Shown here in pieces: positions 9,478 to 18,825 of a DNA stretch of 64,000 nt. Positions within the stretch are counted from its first letter, which is position 1; every line of letters starts with the position of its first letter. The notes under the pieces are model-generated. The model saw only the letters and a program-made list of their open reading frames with translations, was not told where the DNA came from and did no database searches. Made by a program: the position numbers and the translations under genes. Origin of the DNA: Verrucomicrobiota bacterium (GTDB lineage: Bacteria > Verrucomicrobiota > Verrucomicrobiia > Limisphaerales > UBA8199); the NCBI GenBank assembly GCA_049518415.1, contig JBEKRX010000071.1, forward strand, positions 18,214 through 82,213, written 5' to 3'.

Positions 9478-10368
9478 ATGACCCTGGAAAAACAATCGCC
9501 TGGCAAAGTCAACCTGCTGCTGAACATCCTCGGCGAGCGCGCGGATGGTTTTCATGAACTGGAAAGCGTCATGCACCCCATCGCGGTGTATGACCGGCTC
9601 AGCTTCACCCGGACCGGCCAGGGCCTCCAGTTGACCTGCGACGAAGCCAGGCTGCCGACGGACTCGCGCAACCTGGTTCGTCACGCCGCGGAACTCTTTT
9701 TCCAGGCCGCCCACATCAGCGAGGGCGTGCGCTTGCACGTGGAAAAACGAATTCCGCTGGCGGCGGGTTTGGGCGGCGGCAGCGGCAATGCCGCCACCAC
9801 GCTCCTGGGGTTGAACGAACTCTTTGGCCGTCCGCTCGGGCCCGAGGCCCTGCATTCGCTGGCGGCGCGCTGCGGCTCGGATGTCCCCTTTTTCCTGCAA
9901 TGCACTCCCGCCCTGGCGACCGGGCGCGGCGAGCAAATCGAGCCGCTGGGCGCCTTTGCGGCCCTCCAGGGGACGGCGTTCCTGTTGATTCACCCCGGTT
10001 TTGGCATTCCCACGGCCTGGGCCTATCAACAACTGGCCCGGTTCCCGGACGCCCTGCATGGCCGCCCGGGGCGGGCCCGGAAACTCATCGCCCTGCTGCG
10101 CACCGCCCAGCTCAAGTCCGCCGGGGCGGAGTTTTACAATTCCCTCGAAGCCCCCGCCCTGGAAAAGTATCCGCTCCTGGCGCTGTTCCAGGAGTTCCTC
10201 CGCGCCAACGGCGCCGCCGCCACGCTTATGTCCGGCAGCGGTTCGGCCACCTTCGCCCTCCTCGCCAGCCCCGCCGCCGCCCAAACCCTGGCCGAGCAGT
10301 TCAAAGCCAAATTCGGCTCGGCCCACTGGACCGCCGTCGTGCCGGCAGTTGCTCACCCAGTCGCTTGA
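9478..10368 (+). CDS. ispE: 4-diphosphocytidyl-2-C-methyl-D-erythritol kinase
   Basis: PGKVNLLL, KRIPLAAGLGGGSGNAA, GSDVPFF, MSGSGS motifs. Confidence 0.95.
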   Translation: MTLEKQSPGKVNLLLNILGERADGFHELESVMHPIAVYDRLSFTRTGQGLQLTCDEARLPTDSRNLVRHAAELFFQAAHISEGVRLHVEKRIPLAAGLGGGSGNAATTLLGLNELFGRPLGPEALHSLAARCGSDVPFFLQCTPALATGRGEQIEPLGAFAALQGTAFLLIHPGFGIPTAWAYQQLARFPDALHGRPGRARKLIALLRTAQLKSAGAEFYNSLEAPALEKYPLLALFQEFLRANGAAATLMSGSGSATFALLASPAAAQTLAEQFKAKFGSAHWTAVVPAVAHPVA

Positions 10369-10393
10369 CTGTAAGCGTTGCTTACGTTATTCT
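10365..10393 (+). promoter_or_regulatory. sigma70-type promoter with GTAAGC-N3-GCTTAC operator in the spacer
   Basis: TTGACT-17 bp-TATTCT; palindrome at 10371-10385. Confidence 0.65.
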
Positions 10394-10574
10394 TACGGGA
10401 AACGAGGTCCGCCTTCAGAACCTGCGTCTGGATTTCCTTGAGCCGGCCACGCCAGGTTCGGCGAGCCAGGGGCTTGCGCGGCTGCGCGGTGGCAGTGCCC
10501 GGATGCGCCCCGTGCGATAGTGCCCCGCTCAGATAACTTGAGTCGCCGCCGTTCCTTGCCTAGACTCGTGGAAC

Positions 10575-11555
10575 ATGAGCATTGCGTTGAATGAACAAGT
10601 CCAGGCGGCGGCGGCCTGGATCGGGAACCTGCGGGGCGAGATCGGCAAGGTCATCGTGGGCCAGGAGCAGTTGGTGGATCGCTTGCTGGTCGGATTGCTG
10701 GCCAACGGCCACGTCCTGCTCGAGGGCGTGCCCGGTCTGGCCAAGACGCTCTCGGTCCGCACCCTGGCGGCAGCCATCCACGCTTCTTTTCATCGCATCC
10801 AGTTCACGCCCGACCTGCTGCCGGCGGACATCGTCGGGACGCTGATTTACAGCCCCCAGGACGGCAAGTACCACGCCACCAAGGGACCGGTGTTTGCCAA
10901 CTTCGTGTTGGCGGATGAAATCAACCGGGCGCCGGCCAAGGTGCAGTCGGCCCTGCTGGAGACCATGCAGGAGCGGCAGGTCACCCTGGGCGGGGAGACC
11001 ATGCCGCTGCCCTCGCCCTTCCTGGTCTTGGCCACCGAGAACCCGATCGACCAGGAAGGGACCTATCCGCTGCCCGAGGCCCAGGTGGACCGTTTCATGT
11101 TCAAGGTGCTGGTGGACTATCCCTCCTTCGGGGAAGAGCGCAAGATCCTGGACCGCATGGCCTTCACGGCCCCGGAAACTCGGGTCCAGCCGGTCATTCC
11201 CTTGGACGAGATCCTGCGAACGCGGCGGCTGGTGGACCAGATTCACGTGGACGCGAAGGTGCGGGATTACGTGGTCCACCTGGTCTTCGCCACCCGCCAG
11301 CCGGCGCACTACCAGCTCGACCTCAAGCATTTCATCCAGTTCGGCGCTTCGCCGCGCGGGACGATTTACCTGACGCTGGCCGCCCGCGCCTGGGCGCTGT
11401 TGCAAGGCCGCGCTTACGTGACGCCCGAGGACGTCAAGAGCATCGGCCCCGACGTCCTGCGCCACCGCATTATCCTGACCTACGAAGCCGAGGCGCAAGC
11501 GGTGACGACCGATGCGATTATCAAGAAGGTGTTTAACGCGGTGCCGGTGCCCTAA
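10575..11555 (+). CDS. moxR: MoxR-family AAA+ ATPase
   Basis: HVLLEGVPGLAKT, RIQFTPDLLPAD, ADEINRAPAKVQSALL, GASPR. Confidence 0.95.
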   Translation: MSIALNEQVQAAAAWIGNLRGEIGKVIVGQEQLVDRLLVGLLANGHVLLEGVPGLAKTLSVRTLAAAIHASFHRIQFTPDLLPADIVGTLIYSPQDGKYHATKGPVFANFVLADEINRAPAKVQSALLETMQERQVTLGGETMPLPSPFLVLATENPIDQEGTYPLPEAQVDRFMFKVLVDYPSFGEERKILDRMAFTAPETRVQPVIPLDEILRTRRLVDQIHVDAKVRDYVVHLVFATRQPAHYQLDLKHFIQFGASPRGTIYLTLAARAWALLQGRAYVTPEDVKSIGPDVLRHRIILTYEAEAQAVTTDAIIKKVFNAVPVP

Positions 11556-11566
11556 TGAAGATGACC

Positions 11567-11623
11567 TTGGCAATGGGCAATTTGCATTCGGCGATTGGCA
11601 ATTGGCAATGGGAGATTGGCAAT
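11567..11623. repeat. heptamer tandem array (TTGGCAA-like) at gene junction
   Basis: ttggcaa tgggcaa tttgcat tcggcga ttggcaa ttggcaa tgggaga ttggcaa, running into the next ATG. Confidence 0.85.
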
Positions 11624-12527
11624 GACGGTGACTGAGCTGCTGGAGACTGTTCGTCGCGTGGAGGTGCGCACCAATCGCCTGGTAAACGACACCATGGTGG
11701 GCGCCTACCTGAGCCAGTTCAAAGGCCGGGGCATGGATTTCGACGAGTTGCGCGAGTATATCCCGGGCGACGAGGTCCGCGATATTGACTGGAACGCGAC
11801 CTACCGGATGGGCCGGCCTTTTGTGAAGCGCTACCGGGAGGAGCGCGAGTTGGCGATGGTGTTGGCCGTGGACATCTCGGCCTCGTCGGCGTTTGGCTCG
11901 TTGCGCCGGAGCAAACGTCAGTTCGCCGCCGAGCTGGCCGGTACGCTGGCGATTTCCGCCACCCGCAGCAGTGACAAGGTCGCGCTGCTGCTGTTCAGCG
12001 ACCAGGTGGAGCTGTTCCTCCCACCCCGCAAAGGCCGCCGCCAGATCCTCCGGCTCATCCGGGAAACGCTCTTCTTCGAGCCCAAACACCGCGGCACCGA
12101 CATCCCCGGCGCCCTGGCCTTCCTCAACCACGTCCTGCACCGGCGCTCGATTGTCTTCCTGCTTACCGATTTCCTGCACAATTTCGGCGCCGCGGCGGCC
12201 GGGCGCGACACGGTCCAGGAAATCGGCCTCACCAATGCCCGGCACGACCTGATCTGCCTGCACCTGCACGACCCCCGCGAAGGCGAGCTGCCCCCGGCCG
12301 GCCTGCTTACCCTCGAGGACGCCGAGACCGGCGAATTGCTCGAGGTGGATTCGAGCCGCGCGGCCGTGCGCGAAAAGTACGCCGCCACCAACGCCCAACG
12401 GCTCGCCGAGCTGGACCGCGCCCTGCGCCGCGCGGGCGTGGACACGCTCCGCTTCAGCACGGCGGAGAGCTTCGCCCAGACGCTCCAGCGCTTCTTCGAA
12501 ACCCGGCGGGGAAGGAGGAGAGGATGA
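11622..12527 (+). CDS. DUF58 domain protein
   Basis: FKGRGMDFDELREYIPGDEVRDIDWN, VKRYREERE. Confidence 0.93.
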   Translation: MTVTELLETVRRVEVRTNRLVNDTMVGAYLSQFKGRGMDFDELREYIPGDEVRDIDWNATYRMGRPFVKRYREERELAMVLAVDISASSAFGSLRRSKRQFAAELAGTLAISATRSSDKVALLLFSDQVELFLPPRKGRRQILRLIRETLFFEPKHRGTDIPGALAFLNHVLHRRSIVFLLTDFLHNFGAAAAGRDTVQEIGLTNARHDLICLHLHDPREGELPPAGLLTLEDAETGELLEVDSSRAAVREKYAATNAQRLAELDRALRRAGVDTLRFSTAESFAQTLQRFFETRRGRRRG

Positions 12528-13144
12528 GCATCCGCATTGCCAATTGCCAATTGGCAATTGGAAATCTGCTGCTCGCGACGGCCTCGCTCACGGCTGGCAC
12601 CAACTCTCCTGACCAAATCCCTCCCCTCCGTCCGCCGCGCGGCGAACTGCCGCCAGGCTTTTGGGAAGAATATGGACTGTTGGTGGTGGTTGGGGCTGTG
12701 CTGGCGCTTACGTTGCTGGGCGTGGCGGCCTGGTTCCTCAGCCGGCCCAAGCCGGTGGCCGTGCCGGCCCCCGAGGCGCTGGCGCGCCAGGCCCTCGAGC
12801 CGTTGCGCCGGCAGCCAGAAGAGGGCGGGCTGCTGAGCCGCGTCTCGCAGGTCTTGCGGCATTACCTCCAGGCCGCCTTCGGTCTGCCGCCGGAGGAACT
12901 GACCACCACCGAGTTCTGCCGCGCGCTCGGCGGGCACGAGCGAGTCGGGCCGGAGTTGGCGGCGGCCCTGAGCGAGTTCCTGCGCCGCTGCGACGAGCGC
13001 AAGTTTGCGCCGACCGCCCCGCCGCCGGCCCTCGGGGCCGTCGAGCAGGCCCTTAAGTTCATTGAGGCCTCCGAGCAACGCCTGGCACGGTTGCGTCAGG
13101 CCGCCCAGGCGGTCCCAGCGGCGGCCAGCAAAGGGGGTCAGTAG
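12524..13144 (+). CDS. single-TM protein of the moxR/bat operon (DUF4381-like)
   Basis: ATGA overlap with upstream gene; TM segment; LRHYL..FGL..ELTTTEF and CDERKFA. Confidence 0.8.
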   Translation: MSIRIANCQLAIGNLLLATASLTAGTNSPDQIPPLRPPRGELPPGFWEEYGLLVVVGAVLALTLLGVAAWFLSRPKPVAVPAPEALARQALEPLRRQPEEGGLLSRVSQVLRHYLQAAFGLPPEELTTTEFCRALGGHERVGPELAAALSEFLRRCDERKFAPTAPPPALGAVEQALKFIEASEQRLARLRQAAQAVPAAASKGGQ

Positions 13145-13191
13145 AGCGACGCCTTGGGTTTCAAGGCCTTAAGGCCTCAAGGCTCGAGTGA

Positions 13192-14232
13192 ATGAACGGC
13201 AACCTTGAATGGCAATATCCGTGGTTGCTGGCGCTGCTGGCGCTGCTGCCCATTTATGCCTTTCTGCACGGACGCCCGGGCCGGCTCTCGGCCTTGCGGT
13301 TCCCGAGCGCGGACCTGGCCCGCGCGGCGGGAGCGCCGGCGCGGGCCGCCGCCGGGCGGCTGCTCCTCTTTCTCCGGCTGCTCACCGTGGGATTATGCGT
13401 CGTGGCGCTGGCCGGGCCGCGTTTTGCCAACGACCGCACCGAAACCCAGGCCAGCGGCGTGGACATCATGCTCGTGCTCGATTTGTCCTGGTCGATGATG
13501 GCCCTGGATATGGGCGGCCCCAACGAGCACGTCTCGCGCTATGACATCGCCGCGCAGGTGCTGGAGGATTTCGTCCGCAAGCGGCCCAGTGATCGCATGG
13601 GGCTGATCGTATTCTCGGCCGTGCCGTACCTGGCCAGCCCGCTCACGCTCAACCATCAGTGGCTGATCGAGAACCTCCATCGCCTCCATGTGGGCCTCAT
13701 CCGCGACCTGGGCACCGCCATCGGCGATGCCACCGCCGCCGCGGCCAAGCGGCTCAAGGCCCTCAAGGACAGCAAAAGCCGCATCATGATCGTGCTGACC
13801 GACGGCGACAACAACCGCGGGGAAATCGATCCTGTGCCGGCCGCCCAACTCGCCGCCGCCCTGGGCGAGAAGGTCTATACCATCGGCATCGGCATCGAGC
13901 AGCCCTGCCAATTGTATGCCTTCGAGCCCGCCACCGGCAAACTGCTCTTCGACGCCCGCGGCAACCTCATGCCCCGCATGACCCTCCAGCCGGCCAACTA
14001 CGGTGTCCTCGGCAAAATGGCCGCCCTTTCCCAGGCCAAATTCTACCGCGCCACCAGCCGCCGCGAACTGCAAGGCATCTACAACGACATCGACCGGCTG
14101 GAGAAAACCGAGGTCAAGCTCCGCCGGTTCACCACCTACCGGCCCCTCTTCGCCTGGCCCTTGTTGGCTGCCCTCGGGCTCTTCAGCCTCGAAATGGCCC
14201 TGTCTAACACCCGATTGCGGAGGGTGCCGTAA
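13192..14232 (+). CDS. batA: BatA-like vWA domain membrane protein
   Basis: N-terminal PWLLALLALLP, MIDAS DLSWSM, GTAIGDA, LTDGDNN, IDRLEK. Confidence 0.9.
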   Translation: MNGNLEWQYPWLLALLALLPIYAFLHGRPGRLSALRFPSADLARAAGAPARAAAGRLLLFLRLLTVGLCVVALAGPRFANDRTETQASGVDIMLVLDLSWSMMALDMGGPNEHVSRYDIAAQVLEDFVRKRPSDRMGLIVFSAVPYLASPLTLNHQWLIENLHRLHVGLIRDLGTAIGDATAAAAKRLKALKDSKSRIMIVLTDGDNNRGEIDPVPAAQLAAALGEKVYTIGIGIEQPCQLYAFEPATGKLLFDARGNLMPRMTLQPANYGVLGKMAALSQAKFYRATSRRELQGIYNDIDRLEKTEVKLRRFTTYRPLFAWPLLAALGLFSLEMALSNTRLRRVP

Positions 14233-14233
14233 G

Positions 14234-15373
14234 ATGATTGCCAATTGCCAATTCCCGATTTCCAATTGTCCCCAGGCGCTGATGGGCCTGCTTTTCGCCG
14301 CCGCACGGGGGCCTGCGCATTGGCAATCGGCCATTGGCAATTGGCAATCCCACTCCCTGGCTAACCCTCATTTTGCGGAACCGCATTGGCTTTGGCTGGC
14401 GGCGCTCGGGCCTTTGGCGTTGCTGGCGCTGCAACGCTATTCGGCCTGGATGCGGCGCAAGCACCTGGCCCAAATCGCCGCCCCGGAGTTCGTCCGGGAG
14501 TTGACCGCCTCGCACAGCCCCGCGCGCCGGAGCTTGAAAAACGCGCTCCTGGTGCTGGCGGTGGCGGGTGTGGGCCTGGCGCTGGCGCGGCCCCAGTGGG
14601 GCGAGCGGGAGGACGCCGGCTACCTGCTGGGCCAGGACCTGGTGTTTGTGTTGGATTGCTCGCGCAGCATGTTGGCGGGCGATGTCTCGCCCAGCCGGTT
14701 GCAGCGGGCCAAGCTGGCCATTTGGGATTACGTCCAGCACCACGGGCGCGGCCGCCTCGGCCTGGTCGCCTTCGCCGGGCAGGCCTTCCTGCAATGCCCG
14801 CTCACCTTCGATTACGGCGCCTTCCAGGAGGCCCTGACGGCCATCGATGACAAGACCATCCCGGTGCCCGGCACCGACCTCGGGCGGGGGCTGGATGAGG
14901 GGTTTCGCGCGTTGGACAGGAGTGAACGGCTGAAACTGCTGGTCCTGCTGACCGACGGCGAAGACCTGGAGAAGGGCGGGGTGCGCATGGCGGAATCGCT
15001 GGCCAGGAAAGGCGTCGTGGTGTTCACGGTGGGAGTAGGCACCGCGGCGGGCGCGCAAATCGAAATGCTCAACGAACAGGGCAGACTGGAACTGGTGCGC
15101 GACCGCAAGGGCGAGGTCGTGCGCAGCCGCTTGGATGAGCAGACCCTGCGCGCCATCGCCCAGGCCACCGGCGGCTCGTATTTCCCCCTCGGCCCGCTGG
15201 GCGAAGGCCTGGCCAAGGTCCGCCTGGCCATCCAGGGCCTGAACCCGACCACGGGTTCCGCCCCCGGGCGCAAACTGGGCGTGGACCGTTTTCACTGGCC
15301 CCTGGCCGCCGTGCTGGTCCTGCTGGTGGCGGAGTCGTTGCTGGGCACCAGGCGGCGGCCCGTCTCCCGCTGA
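14234..15373 (+). CDS. batB: BatB-like vWA domain membrane protein with repeat-derived N-terminal extension
   Basis: FAEPHWLWL, LARPQWG, DCSRSMLAGDVSPSRL, CPLTFDY, LTDGED. Confidence 0.9.
   Translation: MIANCQFPISNCPQALMGLLFAAARGPAHWQSAIGNWQSHSLANPHFAEPHWLWLAALGPLALLALQRYSAWMRRKHLAQIAAPEFVRELTASHSPARRSLKNALLVLAVAGVGLALARPQWGEREDAGYLLGQDLVFVLDCSRSMLAGDVSPSRLQRAKLAIWDYVQHHGRGRLGLVAFAGQAFLQCPLTFDYGAFQEALTAIDDKTIPVPGTDLGRGLDEGFRALDRSERLKLLVLLTDGEDLEKGGVRMAESLARKGVVVFTVGVGTAAGAQIEMLNEQGRLELVRDRKGEVVRSRLDEQTLRAIAQATGGSYFPLGPLGEGLAKVRLAIQGLNPTTGSAPGRKLGVDRFHWPLAAVLVLLVAESLLGTRRRPVSR
14237..14348. repeat. heptamer-built inverted repeat (30-bp arms, 52-nt loop) inside the batB 5' end
   Basis: 14237-14266 matches the reverse complement of 14319-14348 at 27/30 positions. 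Confidence 0.9.
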
Positions 15374-15541
15374 GCGGGACGGGACGGGCCTTGCCCTGAG
15401 CTATTGTCGTCCTGGCCCTCCGGGGCAGAAGAATGCCGCGCTGCCCGCGGGTAGAGTGGAATTGGTGGCGGTGTCGGGATGCGCCCGATCTGCAAGCCCC
15501 GCCCATTTCCGCCTCGACGAACGCCCTCGCCGCTCTTATGC

Positions 15542-15739
15542 TTGACCCGTGGAAAAAAAATCGCGCGTGTCCTCAAAAAAATCCGAAACGTCCCCGGCCT
15601 GAGCGAGGAGGAGAAGTTCCTCTTCGCCCGCAGCCTCGCGGCGACACCGGACGAGCGCTGGCAACTCCACGAGAACTTCCTCCGCTCGCACGGCTTATTC
15701 ACGCGCTCCGCCAGGAAAAAATACGGTTTCAAGTCGTAG
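15542..15739 (+). CDS. small basic protein, putative antitoxin-like partner (start uncertain, TTG; alternative 15479)
   Basis: short helical ORF with ATPDERW motif overlapping a nucleotidyltransferase fragment. Confidence 0.55.
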   Translation: MTRGKKIARVLKKIRNVPGLSEEEKFLFARSLAATPDERWQLHENFLRSHGLFTRSARKKYGFKS

Positions 15740-15843
15740 GCATGAGCGGGGCCATCCTGCAGGGCGTTCCGGCCACGACACTGGATACGGACCTGTGGAT
15801 CGACCTGCCGGAGCAAACCATGGCGCTGAAACTGCGCCTTTAG
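15658..15843 (+). pseudogene. truncated nucleotidyltransferase-like gene
   Basis: IRFQVVGMSGAILQGVPATTLDTDLWID resembles the NTase N-terminal G..A..G....T.D.D motif; ends after ~60 codons at the convergent etfA stop; no ATG at the expected start. Confidence 0.6.
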
Positions 15844-16886
15844 CTTTTTGAACTGCCTTGGGCCAGCAACTCGTTCACTTTGGCCACCACGGCAAAGGCA
15901 TCGGCCACGTAGAGCACGTCGGCTTTGCCGTGCGCCCAGCCGCAATTCGGGTCGAGATTGATGGCGCGGCGCTCGTTGATGAAGCGCCAGCCAACGGCGT
16001 GCGGTTCTTCGCCATGACAACAGGTGGCCAGGCCTTTGGGGTGCCGCGGCGTGGAGCCGGTCTGGCCAACCTGGTTCAAGTGGGTGAGAAAAGGAAGCAC
16101 GGCCTGGCCCTCGCTCCCCAAGTCCACCAGGGACTTGCTGCTCCCCAGGGAGGCGCGCGTGAGTTTGAGGCAATCGAGAATCAGCTTTTCTGCTTCTTTT
16201 ACGTGGGTCCGTCCGTCCGCCTGCTTCTTGGTCCAGCCGGCGCCCGCGACGAAGAGGAGGGCCGCGTCGGGGCGAATGGTCTGGGCCTCGCCCGCCGGCT
16301 CGCGCAGACCGAGCACGATCGTGCGTTTGAGGGCGTCCGGCAGGCTGACCGGGATGGTTTCGACGCGGGCCGCCCCGGCTTGGGCTTGCCAGGGAGTGTG
16401 GCTGCCGGGGTCAACCAGGATAAACCATGGACGCTGGTCCCGCTGTAGCACCGCTTCCAGGCGCTGGCGGTAATACCAGCGGTTAATGGACAGGGCGCCG
16501 GCGGCGGCGGCAAGGCCGGTAACGTGGGTGTCCACCCGGCCGCCCAGGCGTTGGGCGACGCCCGCCAGCACGCGATTCCAGCGCGAGGTTGCCGGGGCAA
16601 TGACGAGCGTGGCCTGGGCGGCTTGGCACAGGGCTTCGACGGCAGCGGCATCGGTGGCATAGCGGGATTGAGCAAAGTCAGCGCCGGTGACGCCCAGGAA
16701 CCTGGCCGGGCCGCTGGCGGCAATGCGGTCGGCGGCCCGCTGGACTTGCTCGCCAACCAACCCGGCCACCAGGTTCGCTTGGCCAAGGTTCAGGGCCAGG
16801 GTTTTGGCTGCGCCCAGGGCCTCGAGCGCCGCCTGGGCCAGCGACCCGTCGGCTTCAGTATGTGCCAGGAAAAGAATTGTTTCCAT
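15840..16886 (-). CDS. etfA: electron transfer flavoprotein alpha subunit (divergent)
   Basis: QVGQTG, AINLDP, AD.LYVADAF; adjacent to the beta subunit gene. Confidence 0.85.
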   Translation of the reverse strand: METILFLAHTEADGSLAQAALEALGAAKTLALNLGQANLVAGLVGEQVQRAADRIAASGPARFLGVTGADFAQSRYATDAAAVEALCQAAQATLVIAPATSRWNRVLAGVAQRLGGRVDTHVTGLAAAAGALSINRWYYRQRLEAVLQRDQRPWFILVDPGSHTPWQAQAGAARVETIPVSLPDALKRTIVLGLREPAGEAQTIRPDAALLFVAGAGWTKKQADGRTHVKEAEKLILDCLKLTRASLGSSKSLVDLGSEGQAVLPFLTHLNQVGQTGSTPRHPKGLATCCHGEEPHAVGWRFINERRAINLDPNCGWAHGKADVLYVADAFAVVAKVNELLAQGSSKS

Positions 16887-16919
16887 GGAGTGGTGGGGTG
16901 GTGGGGTGGTGGAGTGATG
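16887..16919. repeat. octamer tandem array at the etfB/etfA junction
   Basis: ggagtggt ggggtggt ggggtggt ggagtgat. Confidence 0.75.
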
Positions 16920-16958
16920 CTGGCAGGGTTAAATACGCCAGCACTCTGCCGCCCGGTT

Positions 16959-17768
16959 TCACTTGTTCACCCAGTCAACGATTTCGCGCGCGATGTCCGC
17001 GGGGGGCATGTCCTTCACAATCCTGGTCTGGCGCAACTCTTTGGGCAGGGAGACGCGGGCAAAGGTCGGGCCGCTGCCGGCGAGCTTGACGGGTTTGGCC
17101 TTTTGCAGGCCGGGCATGACGGTGCGCATGTTGACCATGCCGACGTGCGGATTGTTCCTGGGCTCCGGCAAACGGCCTGTGGCCCAGCCGAGCAGGGCCG
17201 GGGGCCCGGAGCAGCGCGAGAGCTGGTGTCTGCCGCCCTCGATGCGCTCGAGGATGTCCAGGGAACCATCCGGGTTGGGCTGGAGTTCGTCCACGCCTTG
17301 AAACTGGTCCACGATGCCCAGGCATTCGCCCACCATCTGCATGGTGGCGCCGGCGGCGCGCGAGGCGGATTCCCAACCTCCGAAGACCAGCAGCCTGGAG
17401 CGGTCGAGGCCCGGGAGCGCCTGGATGGCCTCGGCCAGCAACGCGGCGGTTTCCGCGGCCTCAGTGAACCCCCTGGCCGGACCGTCCAGGGCGATGAGTT
17501 CAAAAGGCACCTTTTGCGCGATGGTCATCATCACCTGCTGGAGCTTGGCTTTGGGAGCGAGGCTCACGAGCCAGACTTTGCTGCCGGGCGCCAGCTTGGC
17601 GAGGTTGGCGGCCTCGTAAAGGGCGTGCGCGGCCCAGGGGTCCAGGACCGCCGGCAGCATCATTTCGTTCTTCAAAGCCGGGCCGGCCGGGCCGGATACC
17701 GGCTCCAGGGTCTGGAGGGGGTCCGGCACCACACCCCCGCACACGACAATCTGATAGGCACTGCTCAT
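16959..17768 (-). CDS. etfB: electron transfer flavoprotein beta subunit (divergent)
   Basis: IVVC..VPD, DPW..HAL..A, ERIEGG, EPR motifs. Confidence 0.85.
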   Translation of the reverse strand: MSSAYQIVVCGGVVPDPLQTLEPVSGPAGPALKNEMMLPAVLDPWAAHALYEAANLAKLAPGSKVWLVSLAPKAKLQQVMMTIAQKVPFELIALDGPARGFTEAAETAALLAEAIQALPGLDRSRLLVFGGWESASRAAGATMQMVGECLGIVDQFQGVDELQPNPDGSLDILERIEGGRHQLSRCSGPPALLGWATGRLPEPRNNPHVGMVNMRTVMPGLQKAKPVKLAGSGPTFARVSLPKELRQTRIVKDMPPADIAREIVDWVNK

Positions 17769-17844
17769 AGGGACAATCGTCAAGGTTGCTGCCGCGCGTG
17801 ATTGAAACTGCCGGGATCCGGATGCGCGAGTATGACGGAGGACC

Positions 17845-18675
17845 TCAAGGACTCGGGGTTGCCTTGGGCGGCTGGGCCGGCGTCGAGTTGTTGGTCTCTG
17901 CTGGCGGCGCTGTGGCTGGCTGGGCCGGCGGAGCGTTCGTGATCGCCGCGGGCGCCGCGGGCGCCCCGGGGGCATTGGTGGTCGCCGCGGAGGCCGTGTC
18001 CGCCCCGGCCATTTCCTCGGAGAGGATGACGATGGCGATGCGGCGGTTCTGGGCGCGGCCCGCCGCCGTGGTGTTGTCGGCCACGGGCCTGAATTCGCCG
18101 TAGCCGAGGGCCCCGAGCCGGCGGGGGTCGACCCCGGTCTGTTCGGTCAGGAAGCGCACCGCGGCGGTGGCGCGGGCGGTGGAAAGCTCCCAATTGCTGG
18201 CAAAGCGATTCCGGGCGGCGGGCTTAATGGGCACGTCATCCGTATGGCCGACGACGTGGAGCTTGAGGTTGGGATGCTGGGTCAGGATGATTGCGATCTT
18301 GCGCAACACGTCAGCGCCATCCGGTTTCAGCTCCGCCTCGCCGGAGTCGAACAGGATGCGGTCCAGGATGTTGACCGTGAGCTTGCCCTGCAATTGGGAG
18401 ATGGCGACGTCCTTGGACTCGAGCGCGGCGCGCATCTCCTCTTCCAGGCCCTTGTGCGTCTGGAGGACGGCTTCCCTTTGCTGTTGCAACTCCTGGACGC
18501 GCGCCTGGCTGTTGGTGAGCTTCTGGCTCAGTTCGCCCGCCTCGCCCTGGCTGTTGGCCAGCGCGGCGCGCACCTGGTCCAGTTCACGCTGTTTGGCAAA
18601 AAACGACCAGCCGAGCGCCGCCACCAGAATGGTCACGGTCAGCGCGCCGGCGATGAGCCAACTTTGTCTCGTCAT
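17845..18675 (-). CDS. OmpA/MotB-family membrane protein with coiled coil and Pro/Ala-rich tail
   Basis: ILFDSG.AEL, VVGHTDDVP, SNWELSTARA, GYGEFRP, NRRIAI. Confidence 0.9.
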   Translation of the reverse strand: MTRQSWLIAGALTVTILVAALGWSFFAKQRELDQVRAALANSQGEAGELSQKLTNSQARVQELQQQREAVLQTHKGLEEEMRAALESKDVAISQLQGKLTVNILDRILFDSGEAELKPDGADVLRKIAIILTQHPNLKLHVVGHTDDVPIKPAARNRFASNWELSTARATAAVRFLTEQTGVDPRRLGALGYGEFRPVADNTTAAGRAQNRRIAIVILSEEMAGADTASAATTNAPGAPAAPAAITNAPPAQPATAPPAETNNSTPAQPPKATPSP

Positions 18676-18825
18676 GGCAGTACCAGCCCTTCAACGAAAT
18701 TCTGCCGCGAAGGGCGCTTGGGTAATGAACTCATTATCCGCTTAAATTGCCGCAAAAGAACCCAAACCGCGCAAGGAAATAATCGCAAGCAAGATCGCGG
18801 CGGGCACCTCCGAACCGTAGCGCCA

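Noticed and set aside
10575-15373. Two MoxR/DUF58 operons as a novel system
   Set aside because: MoxR-DUF58-vWA(Bat) and MoxR-DUF58-transglutaminase operons are both established
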